Positions 13,074-25,000 of a DNA stretch of 64,000 nt are shown here, piece after piece (position 1 is the stretch's first letter; each line of letters starts with the position of its first letter). The position numbers and the translations under genes were made by a program. The stretch covers positions 17,856,001-17,920,000 of the forward strand of contig NC_047024.1 of assembly GCF_902652985.1 (NCBI RefSeq), written 5' to 3'. Source of the stretch: Pecten maximus (lineage: Eukaryota). The notes beneath the pieces were generated by a model that made no database searches, was not told the origin of the DNA, and worked only from the letters and a program-made list of their open reading frames with translations.

Positions 13074-16000
13074 TCATTTCTTTTTATCATCTGGAAAATC
13101 ACTAATTTGTCTCTTCATCAGCCTTCGATTCCTCACTTTAGCAACAGACTCTGTTACATCTGTGTGCTTCTCAAAGAATTCAACCAATGGGGGCTCAGTT
13201 AACATAGAAGCTATGAACTGTTCAAATGATATTGACCAATCAGAGTCTGGCTTAGAAAATGACTGATTAGAATCTGAAGAGGAATCTGCTGTTGTCTTGG
13301 AGGATTCACCTGTTGAAGTCTCTGCATTGTTCTCTGACACTGATTCGATCCCCGAGGTCAGATCACTTCCGTCCTCCTCCAGATTTTCGTCCCCCGATTT
13401 GTCCGTGTCCAGGCGAGTACGCTGAATATTCTGCGCAAGACGATCCACATCCATGCCGCTATCTGCACTACAGGACAGAGGCGTGTCCGTTACAGAGCTT
13501 TCCGATGGCGAGGATTTCTTGAGGTAGAATTTCTTTCCCACCTCTCCCAGTTCTAGAAGTAGTGTTCCGACTGTAGCTATGGAGTGATAAAGTTCCTGTT
13601 CCTCGCTATGATCACTGAACATGTCATACAGCGTCTTCCAGAGCTGAATAAACTGTATCTACAAGACAAAAATATCCACATTTATTACATATGTGTCCCC
13701 TATCCCGCTCTGTCAGTAAAGTAAGTTTTAGGCACATTGTGAAATTAATTAAGTTTTGAAAAAATTGAAGCACCCTGTAATATTCTAGTAATACAAATAT
13801 TGATGCAGTGCAAATCAAACTTCAAAAAAAAATCCCCAATTCTAGTAAATATGGCATATTTACCCCAAAAATTACTTTTCCTGACAAGCGACAAGAAAAC
13901 ACATCTGACTAATTATAGAATTTATAATTCCACTTTGCCAATAAACTAATTCATTTGTTATATAATAAGTCAATTGGGGAAGAAAAAAGCTGATATACTA
14001 ACATTTCTCGAAATCTATAGTTTTCAACCCAAAATACTAACAGCAAAATATTAAAATTTGCTTAATCTGTAGACACCCTACAGATTAAATGTTGAGATGT
14101 TCATCCTACAATTCAGCCACAATCTACGTTTGGTTGGAATTATACACCGAAACTGTTTGAGAAACTCCGCAAAACACAAAACTTAAAATGTTCAGATTCC
14201 CAACATCCATAGCTTCTGAAGTCAGTGGACCATAAAATTCTGGATGATAATCTGTAAATGACGGCTGTGTTGAAATGTCCACTTTGTGATCTAATCACAT
14301 ACAAAGTTGGGTTCGACTTGTGAGCAACGGATCTAAACCTTTAAAGCTAAATGTTGAAACCGATGCCGTCACCATCACCGCAGAAAAAAGAAGCACCATA
14401 GTCTTGCTTTGCGACTTCATCACAAGAACTGAGGCAAAAATCACCAATTCAACTGTCTTCCACTCATTTATTGACAGGGGAGGCATCAGTGAGAGAACCT
14501 CTTAGGTCCAACCAAATCTAGGATTACTTTTTTCACAAACTGATCTACTCATCCTTTAGTACCAACTAACATGACATATTCTGTGCGCTGTAAGTTCCAG
14601 AGTTTTATTATAGAAACATATCTACAGTTAAATACATCATAATTGATACCTTTGTTGGCCTGGGTTGGCTCCAAGATGGAAAACTTACTTAGACCCGCAA
14701 ATCAACCGTTGGTCATCTATAAATTCCAGTTGTTGGTTTATTAACGAAACAATTAATTAGAAATGTAATCCTTGGAGTATAACAACCACTTTGGAAAAAA
14801 TACCTGTCACTCCTACTTGATTAAATTAAAAGCAGTTTTGCTGCACTGTCTCTGTTCCCAAGCATACCTGTGTCAATCGGGGAACATCCTTGAAGTCAGC
14901 TTTGCTGTCCTTTTTCTTCAACTCTTGTCGTTTCTGGTACATTTTTCTCAGACTGTCACCTATATCAGACACTGTTAAAGAAATTGTCACATTTTATACA
15001 ATTTTACTTTTAATATTAATCTATGTAAAGTTTAGCAGAAAAGTAATTAGCATGCATATCAGATATAATAGATGCACAATGGTGATAGTACTACAATATC
15101 CATTAACTTAAACTGATCACTTATTCCAAATTTACATAACAATCATTGACTTCCTGATGAAAACCTGAAGCAACCAGCTGATTATAGCTTTTCTCTTTGT
15201 CTAAATCCGTTATGTTAGAGGTTATAAATAAAAAAGAAAAGATTTTTTCTACAATTTTATTTGTATAAATAATGTCAACTACAATTTTGAGAACCCAGAA
15301 TATATCATTTGGTATAAGTGATGTTTGAAATTTGTAAAACATAAACCACTCAAAGTCAAGAAATCCCAAAATGTAACCTTTTGCTGAGCTGCTATCGGAA
15401 GCCTCACTGGGTTCATCCGGAGAGGAAGCATCAACAGATTCCACCTGTGAAACGGCCTCTCCATCGACAGATTCTGTTCCGGGGCCATCTTCAGACTCTG
15501 CCTTTTCATTGGCTGTATCGGCCTGTCTGTCACTAGACTCCGCCTCCTCCTTGTTAGAGGTAGTCACCTCCTCATCTGAATCGCCAGCCTCCGTAGTCTG
15601 GTTTGAGATACTTGTAGAATCATTTTGGTCCCCGGATGCAACGTCTCCCCCTCCTAGGTCCTCGTTTGAGGGCTGATCCTCCGTGACCACTTCCAATGGC
15701 GGTGGTGATGGGTCTCCTGGAAGTTCAATCTCTACAAAAAGAAATTTATAAAAGTATTGAATAGAAATCATACAAATGCAGTATAAACTCACATAAAATA
15801 CCAGTGTTAGTATAGTATTGTTTTTTATAGTATGACCAGTTGGAAACAAATAATAATATCAAATCACTATCAACCAAACATCCTGCAGGGTGTCAGGTAA
15901 AATCTGGACAACACAGCTATTATGCTACAAGTTTACTTCGAGTTCGAATGGAATGGGCATGGATCTACTGAGTGCCCTTAATACAACCTTCAGTCTACAT

Positions 16001-19000
16001 ACAAAATTGTGTGATCACTTCTGGGGTTAATTATAAATCAATCAACGCTTTACTTACATTGACTTGATCATTGCTTGCTCTTTCTGCATGAATTTTAAAC
16101 TAGATGGCAAGAAAATGTAACCATTGTAAATATTAGCCGCAATATACCGCTCGGCTAGAGAGATCTTCTCTTTAGCTTGATCGGTTGAGCATTATTCTGG
16201 TAAGCCAGGGGTTCTGGGTTTTATCCCTAGCGGAGGCAGTGATTTAAATATAATTAATCATGCTCTCTGTTTCATTGGCGCCCCATGTAGGGACCCAGGA
16301 AAAATACTCATTCTTGCCCCATAAGCATCTCTGTTACCTCTGGATAACTTGAGGATGAGTTTTCTCCTGGATTGGGAGCATGTAACCCTGGTAAATACTA
16401 GCCAGAATTATACCGCTCAGCTATTCAGATTTTCTCTTTTGCTTAATCGGTTTGATCCCTAGTGGAGGCAGCGATTTAATCTTAACTAATCATGCACTCT
16501 GTCACAGAGATGGAAACCATCTCTAAATACCCCACTGTTACACATCTCCACGCCCTGATTAAAAAATCCTGAAGTTTGTTGAATTTTGTCAATGAGTTTT
16601 GAAGGAGTTGCAAATCAAAAAGGGACCATATTGACAATGGAGGATGACAGATAGTGATCTTGACATTAACAAATTTATCAGACAGGAATGTCTGGTTATG
16701 ACAAGACATAACTGATTACAAAGTTATGGAGCAGACACAACTTTGTGTAGTTCATCAAAAGGACACAATGAGAAGCCCTTTGTTTGAAACCTTGACCTTT
16801 GAGGGACAAAGCAAATTAATCATGTGTCTCACTTTCTTATAATGATTGACATTCATCATGAAAAGTTCTGTACCTCTACTATGACTGTTTACAAAGTTAT
16901 GAAGCTGACATGAATGTGTTTCGGACAGATGCACACATGGACAAATACAGGGGTCCCATGAAAAACACTAAATTTGAGAATCTGATCTTTGAAGAACAAC
17001 TATACTATATATGCCCATGATTACATATTTTTTCAATGCCATGAATATTTCATAGCCATGATTCTTTTTCAGATCATGGCCTTCAAATAAACTCATACAA
17101 AAAATCATGACCATAAATAAAGTCATGGCCATGGAAATTGATGGTTATGAAACATGTTTTTCATTGAATTATGATGAGAACCAAAACGCAATTCATGGAA
17201 TTTTCATGGCACCATGAAAAAAAAAATTTTAATGGCACATTTTCATGGGTTCATGGTAATTTTATGGATATTTCATTGATATTTCACAGCTTTTTCATAA
17301 AACTACATTAGGTAGTGTACTATGACTGGTAACAAAGTTATGAAGTGGACACGAAAGTGTTTCGGATGGCTGGACAGACAGGGCGATCACTATTGGGTGT
17401 CGGCCAATATGTGGCAAAGCTCTAATAATCTTACAAAACTACCAACCATCTTGTAAAGTGTCACCACTGTCAAAAAAGTCTGTGGCTTCCACTGCACTCT
17501 CTGTTGACTCTAAAACATAAAAGTAATATCTGAAATGTTTAAAACTATTTTCAAATAATTCTACTTCAGAAACGTTTAATTACATTCAAAAATAATATCA
17601 TACAAGTTTAATTATTAAAAGTAACATATAATTTGAACTGATATCAAACATTTTTTAGGGCTGTTCCAAAACTACCGGTGTGCACGTGAGAGGGGACTGA
17701 TATCAAACATTTTTTAGGGCTGTTCCAAAACTACCAGTGTGGGAGGGGACTGATATCAAACATTTTTAGGGCTGTTCCAAAACTACCAGTGTGGGAGGGG
17801 AGACAGCATCTTTTTAGAGACCCCACCGCCAACAAATATGAAAACATACACTGATACGGATGTTTTAGTTACCTGATTTAGGAGAGGTAGGTATCTCTGA
17901 ACTGTCGAGGTCGTCGTTAGGCAGTAGAGCTGGGGGCTGATGACACTGGTACAGAAGTTTAAGTTTGTGTGTGAGATCTCCGTGACAGATCACACCCAAC
18001 AGGTATACAAACTCCTTAAAGTTGATCATGTTGTCACCATTCTCATCCAGGTACTGAATACAAGAAAGTATATAATATTTTAATATTTATCATGCTATAA
18101 AAAATAAATCCGGAAAATGTTTATGCAACATGTATGTTCTCATTCCTGTTTTGATGAAAATGGAGTTAAAACCAAAACTTAGCCAAAACTTAAATAATAA
18201 CAAAAATTAAAGATTTGGAAAAAAAAAAGATTTCAAATTGGACTACACAGTAATGATTTGAACTTAAAAAGAACTTTCCTGCAATATATCATCATCCAAA
18301 TTTGTGATAGACTGACATTTCACATTTGGTTACAGACAGCTTGATTTGGTTTACTTTGTTTAACGTCCTATTAACAGCCAGGGTCATTTAAGGACGTGCC
18401 AGGTTTTGGAGGTGGAGGAAAGCCAAAGTACCCGGAGAAAAACCACCTGTATACAGTCAGTACCTGGCAACTGCCCCAAACTCGAAACCCAGAGGTTGAG
18501 GGCTAGAGATAAAGTGTCGGGACACCTTAACCACTCGGCACCGTGGCCCCATTACAGAGAGCAAGCAGTGATTACATTTAACATACTCCTTTCAACTCAC
18601 CCTAAAGGCCCTGAGAGCTAGCACATGACCTTGTGACCCGGTTGACCAGGGAACTAGAGATAGGAACATGGTCTTGAACTGGTCAAAGTCGACCTTGTAG
18701 ATCTCGTAGTAAGGTCGTGAGGGGTCAAATTTGTCTGCAGAATCCACAGGCTGCTGACTGGTCCGCCAGTAACAGGATGTTAGGTACTCCTCCTGTAGGT
18801 CAAGAGTTCAAAGGTCAGAGGTCAAATTATGAGACGAAGAATGGAAATATACATTGGAAATTAACAAGTTATGAATCGGAGGTATGAAAATATTACATTA
18901 AGTTGTTAAAAGTTGAGGAGGTCGACCAATTCTGAATTACCATTAACATTCAGTCATTAACATATACATGTATATACTTTATGTAAATCAGGTACAGAAA

Positions 19001-22000
19001 GGTAAAAAAGGACAAATTTTAATTGTGTTCATTTCAAATGATTTTCAATATGATGACAACGCAGGCCTTTACCTTGAATAGGATGAACAGGTTCTCCAGT
19101 TCCTTGCCTTTAAATAACGTATGAGAGGCAACACTTCGGAGCACATTTTTCTTGGTGCTGTCCTCAATATTCTTGAACAAACAACATACATTGTAAATCA
19201 TATATTCTGAATACACAAATATGGAATACTTTGTCAACTAAACCATATACATTGTAGCTACTGAATAAGTAATGAGTACTTTTAAAACTGATTAATTTTT
19301 TGAAAATTATTCCAGAATAAATCACAATCAAATTATCAGTTTGACATAACACAAACATTTGGTTGAAAAAAAAACAGATATTTTCTCTTATCTTTGAAAA
19401 ATACTTCTGAATCAAAAAACTTATGGAGTAATTCAATATTCTGGCCTTGTAACAAAACTTTCATTGTCTTGTGGTTTACATGTCCACTCACCTGTACGAC
19501 CTGCAGGCGGTACTTAAGTCGCAGTTTGTCAATATCCTGGTTGTTCATGTGACCAAAGTTACGATAACTTTCATCAATGAGCTCACTGACGTCCACAGAG
19601 GGCTGTCCAAAAGGAAACCCAGCATTTTAAGTTTTCTTAAAATTCACCAGTCAAAACTTAGTACAAGTTACTAAATGGTAATTTAAATACAGTCTGTATA
19701 TAAAGTGTATGCATTGATTGAACTTCTGAAAATGTTAAAACTGACTGGTCTACTGAAAGCCCTGTTCAATGACAGACTATTTATGGCAGTTTCATGTAAA
19801 CTAGTTGGTGCAATAATTTTGACCTGTCTATAAAGGCAACCTGTCTATAGTGACCGTTTTTTTTTTTGCCTCCCCTTGAGCGGTCTTTATAGACAGGTTT
19901 AACTGTACACCTTCTTTGAAATCCCAGTTCATTTTTCTACCATGTCTCTTAATATTTCTTCTAAATTCTGCACAATTAAAGGAATTTTTTTAATACAAAT
20001 CTTATTTATTTTACTTAACTATTGCAAAACAAGCTATAGCAAATCAGATGGAGCGTGCAAGGGGTCTTACTGTGGGAAGAAACCGGAAAACCAGGAGAAA
20101 ACCCACGTGGTTGGGCAGGTGACCACATACCTTTTGATGTCCGATCGAGGAATCAAACCCCGGTCACACAAGTGAAAGGTAAGTGTGTTACCACTGTGCC
20201 ACCCAACCACCCATCAAAACAATTTATAGTAAAGACATCACAAGATGAGATGACAATTGTGACACTTGGACTTCGTAACTGACAGTAATTTGCATAACAC
20301 AGATTAGTGTAAATACAGTAAAACCTGCTCTAACGGCCACCTTGAATAAGCGGCAAGTCTGTGGTCCACCCGATGGAAAACACTATATAATGAACCTTAA
20401 ATAAGCGGCCATCTGTCTAACACGGCCAACAGCCACAAAAATCTGCCCCGAGTCGTTGTATTGTTCTGTATTAAGCGGTCATTTTGTCCAGAAGTAGACA
20501 TCCGTGATGATCACATGACCAGGTATTTTTTATCAAATTCATCAAAACTTTGATCTTTGTTGGTTTTCATTTAAAAATACACTATAAATGGTATATTGTT
20601 ATCAATATCAATAAGTGCATCATACAGTGGAACCTCTATAAACCGAACATGCACGGGACATGGATATTTGTTCGGTTTACAGAGGGTTCGGTTTTGAGAA
20701 GTTGATCGAAATGACCCGGTCGAATTCCGGATATAATTGACCCGACGATGTTTTGTTACTAGATGGTAAAACCGGCACTAAGCTTACTGTACGTACGTTG
20801 ACATTTTTTTTTTTTTGAAGAATATGAATATCATGGAAGTAAATCAATGCATATATTGCAGATTATTAATAAATGAAAATGACTATAACCGTAGTTATAT
20901 ACAGCATTTGTACATGTAACTGCATTTCACGATCGACCCACATTCTGTTACGTACGACTGAAGCTTCGCAATGTGGTGGGGCCCGATAAGGGGTACATGT
21001 ATTTGACACATTATAATAAAGAACAAACACGTAAAACATATGTATTTTCAATCTCAAATAAACACATACAACAAACGTGTGCATTTGCTATCATTATGAA
21101 ACGCATTGGAAAGAAAAGTCAAGTTCTTTGAAATAAAATATTTTGCGTCTTACGATACTGTACACACTTATATTCTACATAATGTAGTTAATCCAAGAAT
21201 GAATGTAGTGTGTGAAGATGTGTTGTTTCAATATCAATTACAATCGATCAGTCGATACCGGTCGTATCCCGACATCGGTATAAAAACAAATAGGACACTG
21301 GCTTCCTTTCAGTGTGTATATTTCTGACCCTGTAAAAACACCCACTTTGGGCCTCATTTATATTAAATGCGAAACTCCGGCTTTCTATAGCTCTACTTGA
21401 ACAATCCGCCATGCTTCAATGAAGTGTGGTATTGTTTCATAATTATCGTGTTGATTATACCATGTACACTATCATCATAATACCCCTCGGGGTATGTATT
21501 GGATACCTTACAAATCACCTATATAAGTAGGCTTAACACAATACCCGTCACAGGTGTTGTTTCACGGTTGACCGACCGGACCCTGTGGCATGATCGCTCA
21601 GGTAAGGCCGGTTTTCAGAAGTAATTTTTCGTATATTTTAACAGGGACCGGACACAAAATTGGTCCGGTGTTCGGAATTCAGAGGGTTCGGTATTTGGAA
21701 GTTTTTTAATACTATAATAAAGAAGGAACCATTCTGTACATTGCCAATTCGTTCGGTATTCAGAGGTGTTCGGTTTTTAGAAGGTTCGGTTTTCGGAAGT
21801 TGCACTGTAATATGATAAATTCAATAAACTGAATAAACTGTTGAAAAAAGAATTGGGCAACAGACCGTTTCTGGCCAACCTGGTTTAAACAGCCACCTGC
21901 CTTAAGCAGCCAATATCTGTCTGTCCCTTGGGTGGCCGCTTTATACAGGTTTGACTGTATAGGAAGAACCACTCACTTCTTTCTTGACACCATTAGTACA

Positions 22001-25000
22001 CAGCATGTTGGTGTGGATGATGTTCGGCATGGTCGAGTCACGGTTGGATACATTCTCCAGGTACCCTCCAAGGATGGTCATTGCCTCTCCATCATCTCTG
22101 GCCGCTAGTAATTCATCCTTCTTGGCATCAAGTATAGTCAACGCCACTTGGAAGATCACCTGTAAAGGTACAGATATACTTGTATACTAATGTAGGTCAG
22201 AGATAGTTGTGGTGAATGGTGATAATCAACATCAATTTCATTGATTTGATTGATTTTGTTTGTTCTTGTTTAACGTCCTACTAACAGCCAGGGTCATTTA
22301 AGTATGTACAAGGTTTTGGAGATGGAGGAAAGCTGGAGTACCCAGAGAAAAACCACCGGCCTACGGTCAGTACCAGACAACTTCCCCACGTGGGTTTCGA
22401 ACTAGCGACCCAGAGGTGGAGGGCTAGTGATAAAGTGTCAGGACGCCTTAACCATTCGGCCACCGCGGCCCCACGTGGGTTTCAAACTCAAAGGTGGAGG
22501 GCTAATGATAAAGTGTTGGGACACCTTAACCACTCGGCCACCGCGGCCCCTTTGATTGATTTGAAATATTGGTTAGCTAATTAACTATATGTATTTAACC
22601 CATTGTTCAGTTCTGTAATGTGAACTTGGTAGGTATCTGCGTCACCAGCTTGATGTGATCAATTATTAAAAGGATTTTGTTGAAAGCCTCAAGGAAGTAG
22701 ATTTAAAGGTAAGATGTTCCTGGACAACACTTCATGAGTTGATGCCAGTCATATGACAATGTTTCAAATATCATCTAATAGCTACAGCAGATATTACCCA
22801 AGACTAAAAGGAATAAATAATGTAGTTGGCTGGGTATGGAACAGAGGTTCATATGGAGTGTTGGAGTAACAGGATATTATGCGAGAGATGACCCAAAAAG
22901 TATTAACTTATAATTATCGGGATTTGAATTTGTGAACAAAAACATGTGTCCCTTTCTCCTACACATAGTAAGCATTAAAAATTTTGCACTCAATTGACCT
23001 TTGACTTCAAAATGGTTTGCAGTGACACGATTATAGTACAATGCACAATACCTGTGGGTGATACATACTTATTCTAGAATAAGTTTTAAAGTTTTGTCAA
23101 GATATCTTTAAACTGTTCAAAGACAAGATTGTAATAGAAAAACAATGACAACAAGAAGAACCAATACTACAACAGCATGTCTTCCTTCTAATGATAAGGA
23201 GATACAATTAGAGATAAGAAAATCTATATTTGACAGATAGTTGAAACATAAGCTCAGCTTCAGCAGCTGAGAGAGATGAGAAATTAACTTACTCGAGCAC
23301 CGTCGTAAAAGAAACAATCCAGTATATTTACTGCACAGCTGAAAGGCATTACACTGAAACAAAGATGGACATCAAAGTTTTCAGTATCAGACGTCAAATT
23401 CTTACAGTTCGTTAATCAAGGATATCGTTGTTCGATTAAATCTTATTGAATTTTCTGGACTCGCAAGATAATTCAATAATCGTTTTTAATTATAAATTAT
23501 ATGACTGTAAATTATGGGTTATAAGACGAAAGGAGTAATACATTAATTTACATAATAATTATTAATTAATAATTCCCATATTTCTGAAGCTCAACTTTAA
23601 AATCGTCGTAATTCAAACAATTTCCAATATAATCTCAAGATTCTTTCAATTATGCGTTCTATACTGTGTACACTACATGTTCTGCCAGGGGGACGGGGCA
23701 TATAATTCACATTAAAGCCTGGGCAGTAAGGGTGGGGCCCGGGCGGAACTATTACAGCTCTGACCTATAACATTACCAGACATAAAATACCTGAGAAATA
23801 TGGTGAGAAACCAGGACAGGGAGATCATGCTGAGTAATCCAAGGGTCTCTAACTTCTGGTACAGGCTAGGTAGGTTGTCCTTGATCAGCTCCTCAAACAC
23901 ACCTGTTTAATATAAGTTATCCAATAGCAAATATCTAGATAAATCTGTTGTTCCAACCAGCACTAGTTGTATACTATATCACACGACTTTTTAATTTGAT
24001 CGGATGTTCAGCTTAATTAGCATCTTGATATTTAGGTAACTCTGTTATTCCCACTAGTAGTACTAGTAGTTGTACACTATCACAGGGCTTTTTAATTTGA
24101 TTCTGATGTTCAGCCTAATCTGTCCGGTTCTCTAAATTTTGACCCTTACAAATTAGTTTTAATAATAAAAAAAAAAAATCATTGATGTTAGAAAAACCAA
24201 TTAATCAGAAATTTCTGAAAGTGTACTGTGTTCATAAATCTTTGGCTTCATGTATTTTTGGGATGTTACGAAACCAATAAGTAGTTGATAATTTGGCATT
24301 AAGACAAGATACAAAATACCTGAATCATTAAGAAACAAAAACATATATATACTATATACATTTTTGACTAGTAAAAAACAAGGTTAAACAACTTCTAACT
24401 TGAATCATGTCCCTTTTGTCATGCCTATCTTATAGTGACCTATCTCCATGACTTACTTTGGTCTATAAGAGCCCCGACTACCTTGGTGTTATAGTAGTCG
24501 GGTAGTAGTCTCTCACACACAGCCGTCAGTAGCCAGAACGCCTCCTCCTCATCAGTATAGAGGAGCAACACACTCGTTACAATGTTCATTGCCTGGCAGT
24601 AGCCTACAACAGATGGAGATATATATGTTCTAATCACCGACTAGTATTTGAATAATTATATTTCATTCAATGATGATATTTCTAAAATTCTTTTATATAG
24701 AATGATTCATTCAATAATAATATTTTTAAAATTCTTTTATAAATATACAAAGGTTAAAAAAAAAATTGTATTATCTAATTTTAAAATTATTTATTGTTAA
24801 ATTAGTACTTGTTCAATAATGCATATTAGTGTCATAAAAATGCTGCACTGGTTTTTTTTTAATATTAAGCCTGAAAATTATCTCAATTAGTACATTAATT
24901 AATTAGTAATTAACACAATACTGTATCTACCAATTCAATAAACTCATTCATTTCTATTGTTGCTCAGTAGAATTTCAAACAAACAGTACTATATAATAAT

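Noticed and set aside
14130-14520. Coding-like sequence in TBC1D9 intron 29 as an alternative exon
   Set aside because: The frames I translated contain stops, I found no phase-compatible splice pair, and exons 29 and 30 join in frame without it.
16165-16238. Functional tRNA-Thr gene
   Set aside because: Stems and B box are degenerate and the sequence is embedded in an LTR-like repeat.
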